The notes under the pieces: generated by a model | Told to the model about the DNA's origin: nothing | Databases searched by the model: none | What the model saw: only the letters and a program-made list of their open reading frames with translations | In this document: positions 19,691 to 31,951 of the stretch, piece after piece | Numbering within the stretch: the stretch's first letter is position 1 | How the letters are laid out: each line of letters starts with the position of its first letter | Assembly (NCBI GenBank): GCA_963745035.1 | Contig: CAVUVW010000017.1 | Span: forward strand, 288,001 to 352,000 | Direction: 5' to 3' | Length of the DNA stretch: 64,000 bases | Source of the DNA: an uncultured delta proteobacterium | GTDB lineage: Bacteria; Desulfobacterota; Binatia; UBA9968 | Program-made: the position numbers and the translations under genes

Positions 19691-21478
19691 TCAGCCATTT
19701 AGAGTAGCTCGGCTCGCTTGGCGCAATTCTTTCGTCGCTGCGGTATCCAGCTCGAATCTCCGCCCGCTTTGGCGGATCGCAACGCCGTAATCACGTCGCG
19801 CCGCCTCCGACGACACGTAGCCGGAGCGCACATCCGCGAGCACGCGTTCAGGGTCACGCTCCAAAGGCGATCCAAAACCGCCGCCGCCACCGACCTCGAC
19901 GAGAAAGCCGTCTTCGACCTCGAGCGCTACATGGCCGATAGTTTTCCCGGTTGGAAGTCTCTGCACCGATCCATCCTTGCGCACGATGCTGAAGCGGTTG
20001 GCGAGCGCATCCTTCCCGCCATGCAGTCCCCAGGGCGCGCACAGGGTCCGCTCCATTGCGGATTGCACGCTGCCCGGCGCGCGCATGCGCACTTCCTGGG
20101 CCACGCCGAGACCACCGCGAAATTTTCCCGCGCCGCCGGAATCTTGGCGCAATTTTCGATAGGCGATGAACACCGGGCCTTTGCCTTCCCCCGCTTCCAC
20201 CGGAGTATTGTGCGTGTCGCCGTCGTTGATGCAGAACGTGGCGTTCTGGCCATCGCGATCGTGCAGCGCGCCCCAACCACCGCCCGATAACGTCTGAGGA
20301 AAATGAAATGTCCTACCGGTCCTGGGATCCAAGCCGAAAGTGCGCGGAGCGGCAAGATCAGCATGGTGGCCAGCCAAAACATTCTCCGGGCAGGCCGATG
20401 CGAGAGCTTTGAAAATCGTGTCCGCCACTGTCATCGGCACAGTCATCCACGTGCGCACCGGCGCCGGTTTGGTCGCGCTCACGACCCGGCCCGGCGGCAG
20501 GACCACTTTCAACGGCCGAAACGAACCTTCGTTGATCGGCAAGAATAGCGGCGTCGTCAAAAACTTGAACGCGACCTCGGATGCCGACCGCCCCGCCGTA
20601 GAACCGGAATTGTAAGGACCCGCCACTTGCGGGCTCACACCGCTCAAATCCACCGTCATCTCGCCGCCGCTGACCTCGACTCTCACTTTGATTGGAATGT
20701 TCTTGCCGAGATTGACACCGTCATCGTCCATGAACGACTCGGCTTCATAGACGCCGTCGGGAATTTTTTCCACCGCGGCGCGCGCGAGCTTCTCGCTTTG
20801 CGCGAAGATCAGCCGCACGCTCTCTTTAAAAGTCGTCGAACCATAGCGCTGCAGCAGCTGTGTCAGGCGCCGCTCTCCTGTCCGGATCGCCGCGAGCTGG
20901 GCGCGAAAATCGCCCATGGCGAATTCCGGCAAGCGGCAATTGCTGCGAATGATCGCGGTAAGCTCGGCGTCCTGTTTGCCGTCCTTGAAGATCTTCACGA
21001 ACGGCATCTGCAGACCTTCGGAAAAAATATCCCGAGTCACTGCGCCGAGCACGCCGCCGACGTCCTGCCAGTGCCCCATGGACGAGGCGAAGGCGACCAA
21101 TTCGCCATCATGGTAAATCGGCAGGGTGAAAATCATGTGGTTCAGGTGGCTGCCCATGACCTGGGGATCGTTGGTGAGGAGAATGTCGCCGGGAAAGATG
21201 TTTTCCTTGCCCCAATGCTCGAGCTTGGCCTTGATCGCGTCGGAAAGACCTCGAATGAACATCGGCAAACCAAGGCCGATGGAGATCGTGTTGCCGTCGG
21301 CGTCGAACAAGCCGACGGTGAAATCCTCCGCCTCGTAGATGATCATGTTGTAGGCGGTGCGCATGAGATTGGTCTTCATCTCGTCGGTGATCGCCACGAC
21401 GGTGCTGCGAATCACCTCCGCTGTGAAAGCATCCACGGTGGCTTCGCCCCGCTCGGCATTGCAAATTTCAGACTTCAT
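19691..21478 (-). CDS. Hydantoinase B / oxoprolinase subunit (paralogue 2, intact)
   Basis: LMRTAYNMIIYEAEDF, PGDILLTNDP..GSHLNH, GHWQDVGG, NTPVE and DSGGAGKFRGGLG. Confidence 0.92.
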   Translation of the reverse strand: MKSEICNAERGEATVDAFTAEVIRSTVVAITDEMKTNLMRTAYNMIIYEAEDFTVGLFDADGNTISIGLGLPMFIRGLSDAIKAKLEHWGKENIFPGDILLTNDPQVMGSHLNHMIFTLPIYHDGELVAFASSMGHWQDVGGVLGAVTRDIFSEGLQMPFVKIFKDGKQDAELTAIIRSNCRLPEFAMGDFRAQLAAIRTGERRLTQLLQRYGSTTFKESVRLIFAQSEKLARAAVEKIPDGVYEAESFMDDDGVNLGKNIPIKVRVEVSGGEMTVDLSGVSPQVAGPYNSGSTAGRSASEVAFKFLTTPLFLPINEGSFRPLKVVLPPGRVVSATKPAPVRTWMTVPMTVADTIFKALASACPENVLAGHHADLAAPRTFGLDPRTGRTFHFPQTLSGGGWGALHDRDGQNATFCINDGDTHNTPVEAGEGKGPVFIAYRKLRQDSGGAGKFRGGLGVAQEVRMRAPGSVQSAMERTLCAPWGLHGGKDALANRFSIVRKDGSVQRLPTGKTIGHVALEVEDGFLVEVGGGGGFGSPLERDPERVLADVRSGYVSSEAARRDYGVAIRQSGRRFELDTAATKELRQASRATLNG

Positions 21479-21500
21479 CTTCACGGCTCACCGTTCTTGG

Positions 21501-21548
21501 AAACGGCTTGAACGATTTGAACTTTTTGAACAGCTTGAACCTTTTAAC
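21501..21548. repeat. Tandem 9-mer (TTGAACNNN) array
   Basis: AAACGGC TTGAACGAT TTGAACTTT TTGAACAGC TTGAACCTT. A near-identical copy lies at 24446-24485. Confidence 0.85.
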
Positions 21549-22383
21549 CCTTCGCGTGGATTCCCTCGCCGGTCAGATAGTCGTACAGATTGGCGACGTT
21601 CAGCTGCATCACCCGCGGCGACATACCGTCCTGGCCGACGTCCATCGGGTACCGATCGGTCAAAGCCGTAAGATTCGCGACGCACTCTTCTTTATTCATC
21701 CCGCGCTCGATGCCGCCGCGCACATAGTCGACCCACTCGCGAACGAACGAGCCTTGTTCGTCCAAGTAGCGCTTGTCGCACACCGGCCCGTGGCCCGGAA
21801 CAAACGTGTCCTCGCGAAGAGCGCGCAAGGATTCGAGCGCCTTCAACCAATGATCCGGATTGGCCTCTTGGAGCCAAGTCTGCACTTTGCAAAAAATATT
21901 GTCGCTGGTAAAAACCACGCCTTCTTCTTCGACAATGACGGCGGCCTGATAGGGCGTATGCCCAGGCATGTGGATCATGCGAAACGTGTGGTTGCCGACG
22001 TGCAAGGTCATCTCGCTGTCAAAAGTGATCACCGGCACGTTGGCTTTGTAGTTTTCCAGCAGAGCCGGCTCATCGGGACCAAACGAACCGACCCGCGCGC
22101 AGTGTGCGGCCAGATCAGTGCCGAGGATTCGCGTTCTGACACCCTGCTGCGCCACGACGGGCACGTCGAAAAACGCATTGCCGGTCCAGTGATCGCCGTG
22201 AGGCTCGGTGTTGATGATGTAGCGCAACCGCCCGCGCCGCTCGATCTCCCCTTTCAAGCGCATGGCGTCGCTCGGCTTGTGCGGCGTATCGATAAGTACA
22301 ATTCCGTCCGACGTCGCCACGATGCCGTGGTTGGCGCCCTTCAGCTCGGTCTCGACGAAGACATTGGCTGTGAGCTGCTTCAT
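21544..22383 (-). CDS. MBL-fold metallo-hydrolase (cyclase-like)
   Basis: INTEPHGDHWTGN, PGHTP and VPGHGPV. Confidence 0.9.
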   Translation of the reverse strand: MKQLTANVFVETELKGANHGIVATSDGIVLIDTPHKPSDAMRLKGEIERRGRLRYIINTEPHGDHWTGNAFFDVPVVAQQGVRTRILGTDLAAHCARVGSFGPDEPALLENYKANVPVITFDSEMTLHVGNHTFRMIHMPGHTPYQAAVIVEEEGVVFTSDNIFCKVQTWLQEANPDHWLKALESLRALREDTFVPGHGPVCDKRYLDEQGSFVREWVDYVRGGIERGMNKEECVANLTALTDRYPMDVGQDGMSPRVMQLNVANLYDYLTGEGIHAKG

Positions 22384-22412
22384 GCGTCACCTTATTTGAG
22401 AACTGTAAGTCT

Positions 22413-22646
22413 TTTCACCACGAAGCGCACGAAGGCCACGAAGGATTCAGCACATACATTTTTTAGCTTCGTGCTCTTCGTGTGCTCCTTCGAAAATAAC
22501 AGATAGAGAAAGATTTCTCACTTCGTTCGAAATGACGGATGCGGCGTGCGCCTAATTGTCATTTCGAGCGGATGCGAGAAATCGTTCCCGATGCTTTTTC
22601 CTTATCTGTGCGTGAGCGTAAGCTCATGAATCACTTCGTGGTGAAA
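22413..22646. repeat. Nested composite of inverted repeats
   Basis: Outer TTTCACCACGAAG ... CTTCGTGGTGAAA with CACGAAG/CTTCGTG units; middle ACAGATAG ... TTATCTGT; inner GATTTCTCACTTCGTTCGAAATGAC ... GTCATTTCGAGCGGATGCGAGAAATC (22512-22583). Confidence 0.8.
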
Positions 22647-22658
22647 TGTGACTTACCT

Positions 22659-24434
22659 TCACTGCGCTCGACTTCGCCGCAGCTCCGCCGTCGCATCCAC
22701 ATCCAACTCGAAACGTCGCCCCTGCTGCCGAATCACCACGCCATAATCGCGCCGCGCCGCTTCCAGCGACACGTAACCCGCGCGCACGTCGGCGAGCACG
22801 CGCTCGGCGGCGCGCTCGAGCGGATTCCAAAACCCGCCGCCGCCTGCCGTTTCGATCAAGAATGCGTCGCCAGCGTCGATCTCCGTCGGTTTGATTTTGC
22901 CTGAGGGAAATTTTTCCACCTCGCCATCTTTGCGCCGGATGGTGATGCGATTCGCCAGAGCGTCCTTGCCTCCGTGCAACCCCCATGGCGCGCAGATCGT
23001 GCGCTCCACGTGGGCATGGATCGTCGCCGTCCGGCGCATGCGCACTTCGTTGGCCACGCCCAGGCCGCCGCGAAATTTTCCCGCGCCGCCGGAATCCTGG
23101 CGCAGAGTTCGCCGCTCGACGATGATCGGGCTCTTCGCTTCCGTCGCTTCCACCGGCGAGTTGTGCGTGTCGCCGTCGTTCAAACAAACCGTTGCGCTCA
23201 TGCCGTCTTCATCGTGTTTCGCGCCCCAACCCCCGCCCGGATGGCCGATATGCGACCAGAAAAACCGGCCCGTCTGCGCATCGAAACCGTGCGGATTGAC
23301 CGTGCACAGGTCGGCATAATGACCGGCGATCGTTCGGTCCGGACAGGCCGGGGCCAGCGCCCTGAAAAATCGTATCGCATACGGTCATCGGCACGGTCAT
23401 CCAGACGCGCACCGGCGCCGGCTTGACCGCGCTCACGACACGGCCCGGCGGAAGAATGATGTTGAGGGGCCGAAACGAACCGTCGTTGATCGGCAATAAC
23501 AGCGGCGCGGTGATGCACTTGAAGACCAGCTCCGCAGCCGAGCGCCCCGCGGTAATCCCGGAATTGTAAAATCCGGCGACCTGCGGGCTCACGCCCGAGA
23601 GATCGATCGTCATCTTGTCGCCGGCGACTTCGACCCGAACTTTGATCGGGATGTGCTTGCCGAGATTGACGCCGTCGTCGTCCATGAACGACTCGGCCTC
23701 GTAAACGCCGTCAGGAATCTTCTCTACCGCCGCGCGCGCGAATCTTTCGCTCTGCTCGTACACCAGCCGGATACTTTGCTTGAACGCCTCGTTGCCGTAG
23801 CGTTGAGCAAATGCAGCAAGCGCCGCTCGCCGGTCCGAATCGAGGCCAGCTGCGCGCGCATATCGCCCATCGCTCGCTCCGGCACGCGCACGTTGGCGCT
23901 TAATGATCGCCGTAAGCTCCGGGATTTTCTTTGCCGGCCCGGAAAGATTTTTACGAACGGCAGCTGCAGGCCTTCGGAAAAAATATCGCGGGTGACGCCG
24001 CCAAGCTGTCCGCCTACGTCCTGCCAGTGCGCCATGGAAGAGGAAAACGCCACCAGCTCGCCGTCGTTGAAAATCGGCAGGGTAAAGATCATGTGATTCA
24101 AATGGCTGCCCATGGTGTAGCTGTCGTTGGTCAGCAGGATGTCGCCGGGCTCGATGTTTTCCTTGCCCCAAAACGCGATCTTCGCCTTGATCGCATCCGA
24201 CAGGCCGCGGATGAACATCGGCAACCCCAAGCCGATCGAGATCGTATTGCCGTCGGCGTCGAAAAGACCGACGGTGAAATCTTCCGCCTCGTAGATAATC
24301 GTATGATACGCCGTGCGCATGAGGTTGGTCTTCATCTCGCCGGTGATTGCCACAATCGCGCTGCGAATCACCTCCGCGGTAAAGGCATCCACTTTTTCCT
24401 CGCTGCGCTCGGAATTGCCAATTTCAGATCTCAT
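22659..24434 (-). CDS. Hydantoinase B / oxoprolinase subunit (paralogue 1, several indels)
   Basis: Fragments 23724..24434, 23209..24171 and 22659..23201 are colinear with, and very similar to, 19691..21478. Confidence 0.85.
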
Positions 24435-24445
24435 ATCTCACAGCT

Positions 24446-24485
24446 AAACGGCTTGAACGATTTGAACCTTTTGAACGGCTTGAAC
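24446..24485. repeat. Tandem 9-mer (TTGAACNNN) array, second copy
   Basis: AAACGGC TTGAACGAT TTGAACCTT TTGAACGGC TTGAAC. Confidence 0.85.
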
Positions 24486-24493
24486 GCGCGCAA

Positions 24494-26553
24494 TTACTGC
24501 GCGCTTCCGAGTTGCATCATCAAATGGCCGAACTCATTGACCGTCACGGTGTCTCCGGGCTCGACCACGGTCGTCGAGGCGACTTCTTCGATGATCGCCG
24601 GGCCGGCGATGACATTGCCCTGCAAGCAGCTTGGCGCGGTCGTATACCGGCGCTTCGAGCGCTCCGGCGCCTTCGAAAAGCACTGTGCGAACGCCGCGCC
24701 GCGCGCTTGCCGGCGGTGTCTTCTCGCCCTGGGCGATTTGCGCGAACTGCGGTTTTCCCAACCGTCCGATCGCGGAGACGCGCAGGCTCACGATGTCGGC
24801 GGACTCCTCCGGCGCGCTGTGGCTGTAGCGCAGATCGTGAGCCTCGTCGAACAGCCGCTTGATCTCGGCCCGCGCCGACTCATCGCCGGCATTGGCCGGC
24901 ATGCGCACCGCCACCGCGTGCTCCTGGCCGACGTAGCGCATATCCGCGGCGCGCTCGAAAACGATTCGGTCCGGCGGAATGCCGGATGCCTCCAATGCCT
25001 GCCGGCCTTCATCCTCGAGTTTTTTGAATTGATCCTCCAACTGGAACATTTCCAGATCGTCCATGCGCTCGAAAAGCGTTTGCACGTAGTCGCGGCGCAG
25101 ATCGGCCATAAGCATGCCGAGCGCGGAAAAATGGCCGGGCGCGTTGGGAATGATAATCTTCGAAATCGACAATTCCTTGGCCACCGAGGCGGCGTGCAGC
25201 GGTCCGCCGCCGCCATAGGCGACCAACGTAAAATCGCGCGGATCGAGGCCGCGCTCGAGGGTCACATGACGCACCGCGTTGGCCATCGCCGCGGTGGCGA
25301 CTTGCAGCATGCCGGCGGCCGCCCGTTCTAGATTCACGGCCAGCGGCTGCGCTAGTTTCTCGCTTAAAGCTTTCTCCGCGGCGCGGCGATCGAGACGCAT
25401 TTCGCCGCCGAGAAAACTCTCGGGCGAAAGCCGCCCGAGAATAACATTGGCGTCCGTCACCGTCGGCTCCGTGCCGCCGCGTCCATAGCTCGCCGGTCCC
25501 GGCTCCGCGCCGGCGCTGCGCGGGCCGACGTGTAAACCGCCGCCTTCGTCGAGCCATGCGATGCTGCCGCCGCCGGTGCCGACTTCGACGATGTCGAGCA
25601 CGGGAATTCGAATGGCGAGTCCCTCGTTGTAGCCGCCGATGAAATAGTCGGGCGAGAGGCTTGGCTCGCCGCGCCGGATCACACTAGCCTTGGCGGTCGT
25701 GCCGCCCATGTCGAAAGCGATGGCGGCGTCGACGTCGAGCATTTCGCAGAGCGCCATGGTGCCGACCACGCCGCCCGCCGGTCCGGACTCCATCATCTGA
25801 ATGCATTGACGCCGCGCCATCTCCACGTCGGACAAGCCGCCGTTGGACTGCATGATCATCAAATTGCCGGCGAAGCGGTGATCGCGCAGGCGGCGCTCGA
25901 GATCGCCGAGGTATTGGCTCACCTTCGGCCCGACGTAGGCGTTGGCGGCGACGGTCGAAGTCCGCTCGTACTCGCGGTACTCGCGCGACAGCTCATGGGA
26001 GGCGCTGAGAAACAGCTTGGGCTCGGTCTCCCGCAGGATCTCGCACATGCGGATCTCATGCTCGGGCGCGCGATAGGAATGCAGAAACAGCACCGCCACC
26101 GCTTCGAAGCCCTCTTCCTTTATGATGCGCGCCACTTCGCGGGCTTCCTCTTCATCAAAAGGCGTGCGCACCGATCCATCGGCGAGCATGCGCTCGGTGA
26201 CTTCGAAGATGTTCTCCCGCGGCACGAGCGGCCGGTGCTTGCGAAAGCGCGGATTGAAAGACTCCGGCCGATTGATCCGGCCGATCTCGTAGACATCGCG
26301 AAATCCTTTGGTCGTGATCAGCGCCGTTTTGGCTCCTTGACGCTCGATGATCGAGTTGATGACCACCGTCGAGCCGTGAATCAAACTGGAAACTTCGCCG
26401 AAGCGGACCGCTGGCTTTCGTGAGACCTTCCAAGACGCCGCGCGCCAGCTCCGCCGGCGTCGACAACGCTTTGGCCAACGCCAACGAGCCGTTGGCTTCG
26501 TCAAAAACCACCACGTCGGTAAATGTTCCGCCGATGTCGACTGCTACCCGCAA
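24494..26553 (-). CDS. Hydantoinase A / oxoprolinase ATP-binding subunit (indels near 26405 and 24625)
   Basis: MRVAVDIGGTFTD, TTKGFRDVYEIGR, ESGPAGG, DMGGTTAK, GPRSAGAEPGPASYGRGG and the C-terminal GPAIIEE. Confidence 0.9.
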
Positions 26554-26682
26554 TTATCTTCTCTCCGCTCAGAATGTCAAATTACAGAGTTCAAATGTTC
26601 AAGTGTTGGAGCGCTCGAAACATTGATCCGAAACCGTATGAACATCTGACGACTTGAAATCTGACACATCGCGATGTCCATC

Positions 26683-27048
26683 TCATCCGCATCTGTGGTT
26701 GGCGAGATATTCGCTAAGCCACTTGTTCCAGGCCTCGTCGATCCTGCGAATCGCGCTCAATTGCGGATCTTCGGTCCGTTCTGTTTCGACGATCGTCGCC
26801 ACGCGCAAATCGACCCCGGCAAGATGCGGATCGGCGCAGAAATGATCGCGTACCATCACCGTGCCGCTGCTCTCCAATTGCCACAGCGCGCGATCCGCCG
26901 CCGTACGGTCGATGCTGGATTTTTCCAGGGATGCGTACAGCTCCGTCATAAAACGAGCTTTGGCATTGCGGCTGCGCAATAGCGTGGTGACCGCATCGCG
27001 AGCGGCCTTGTCGATTGAAGAGCTTCCGGATTCCGAGGTGTGACCCAT
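26683..27048 (-). CDS. Hypothetical protein (~121 aa) with Cys/His motifs (DHFCADPHL, NHRCG)
   Basis: Clean ORF filling the gap between hydantoinase A and selA, with protein-like composition. No family recognised. Confidence 0.65.
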   Translation of the reverse strand: MGHTSESGSSSIDKAARDAVTTLLRSRNAKARFMTELYASLEKSSIDRTAADRALWQLESSGTVMVRDHFCADPHLAGVDLRVATIVETERTEDPQLSAIRRIDEAWNKWLSEYLANHRCG

Positions 27049-27214
27049 TTCAGTCCGCGCGTGCGAGCGCACTGCACTGAACTCTTAATGAACCCTCCGG
27101 ACCTTGTCAAACAATCATCGGAGCCGCTGGCAGTCTTTCGCAAGCAGACCTTCATTCTCACGCGATGAATCGAAAGTTGAATTTACTGGTTCCGTGTGCA
27201 AGGCTTTGCTCCTC

Positions 27215-28616
<1,402 letters not shown>

Positions 28617-28632
28617 CGGACGTAAGCTTTCC

Positions 28633-28665
28633 AATCCAAAATCCGAAAATCGAAAATCCAAAATT
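28633..28665. repeat. Tandem heptamer (AAAATCC/AAAATCG) array
   Basis: AATCC AAAATCCG AAAATCG AAAATCC AAAATT between selA and selB. Confidence 0.8.
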
Positions 28666-28670
28666 GAATC

Positions 28671-30708
<2,038 letters not shown>

Positions 30709-30788
30709 CGGAGTCCGGACGCAGCAAGCTGAGGAGTCAAACCGCCCGCATTGAAAACCGCTGCTTATAGATTTACAGTTGGCGAGTC

Positions 30789-31844
30789 ATGCTTTTGAAA
30801 ACGAGAAAAGCCGTGCGGCTGACGCAAGAGGTCAAGGCCGCGGGTTGAGCCGCCAAGCTCGGCCCAGCCGACCTCGTGCAAGTTTTGCACGGCCTGCCCA
30901 AGTTTAACCATCCCGACATGCTGGTCGGCACCGAAACCGCCGACGATGCCGGGGTGTATCGACTGCGCCCCGACCTCGCCATCGTCAACACCGTGGATTT
31001 TTTCACGCCCATCGTCGACGACCCCTACATTTTTGGTCAGATCTCGGCGGCCAATTCGTTGAGCGACGTCTACGCGATGGGGGGCGAGCCCAAAACCTGC
31101 ATGAACATCGTCTGCTTTCCCAAAGGCAAGATGGACATCGAAATTCTCGGTGAGATCTTGAAAGGCGGCGCCGAGAAGGTCAAAGAAAGCGGCGCGGTGG
31201 TGATCGGCGGTCACAGCATCATCGATGAAGAAATCAAGTTCGGCATGGCCGTGACCGGCGTGATTCATCCTGACAAGATCTTCCGCAATGTCGGCGTTCA
31301 GGAAGGCGATGTACTGATCCTGACTAAACCGCTGGGCACCGGAATCATTACGACCGCGCTCAAAAAGGGCAAAGCTTCGGAAGAAAGTGTCGCGGAAGCC
31401 GTCAAATCGATGACGACTCTCAACGCCGCCGCGTCCGCCGTAGCGCGCAAGCATCCCGTACATGCCTGCTCCGATGTCACTGGTTTTGGCATTCTCGGTC
31501 ACTCTCTGGAAATGGCGAGCGGCAGCGGCGTGACCTTGGTCATCGAATCGGCCAAGCTGCCGCTGCTCCGCGGCGCGCCGCGCCTGGCCGAAAAGGGCTA
31601 CGTCACCGGCGGTTGCAAACGGAATCAGGATTATTTGTCGGACAAGATGGTCATCGACAAAGGGCTGCGAGAAGGACTCGTTCAAGTGGCGCTCGATCCG
31701 CAAACCTCGGGCGGCTTGTTGATCGCCGTCGCCAAACGCCACGCCGCCAAGCTGCTCGACGATCTGCGCGGCGCCGGCGTCGCTCACGCCGCCGAAGTCG
31801 GCTACGCCACCGCGCTGCAAAAACCCTGGGTTCGCCTTGCCTAA
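30789..31844 (+). CDS. selD: Selenide, water dikinase, selenocysteine-containing form (Sec at codon 20; 351 aa)
   Basis: ATG 30789 MLLKTRKAVRLTQEVKAAG-TGA(30846-30848)-AAKLGPADLVQVL, in frame with track ORF 30876..31844 (DDAGVY, TVDFFTPIVDDP, ANSLSDVYAMGG, DVTGFG, DPQTSGGLL). The TGA falls at the catalytic G-[C/U]-x-x-K position. Confidence 0.95.
30875..30891 (+). promoter_or_regulatory. Bacterial SECIS-like hairpin of selD
   Basis: CGUGCA-AGUUU-UGCACG, a perfect stem. The loop starts 32 nt after the UGA. Confidence 0.75.
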
Positions 31845-31920
31845 GGGCCACCTTCCCATTCAATTTCTCCGTCGCGCTCTCGATCGCTTCCGACACTCTC
31901 AATCTGAAACCCGCAGGAAT

Positions 31921-31937
31921 TTGGCTTATTCTTTGCT
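31921..31937 (+). promoter_or_regulatory. Candidate sigma54 (-24/-12) promoter upstream of malQ
   Basis: TTGGCTTATTCTTTGCT: GG-N10-GC with TGGC and TTGCT in consensus positions. Confidence 0.5.
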
Positions 31938-31951
31938 AAAGTATTTTCAAC

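Noticed and set aside
21501-24485. Short tandem arrays as CRISPR
   Set aside because: Units are 7-9 bp with no unique spacers, and no cas genes are present.
26620-26685. Terminal TGA after ...NHRCG of the small orphan as a third Sec codon
   Set aside because: The hairpin after it (ACAT-CGCG-ATGT) starts almost immediately and lacks the AGUUU loop. Read-through adds only about 20 residues that run into a repeat-like intergenic tract. Most likely a true stop.
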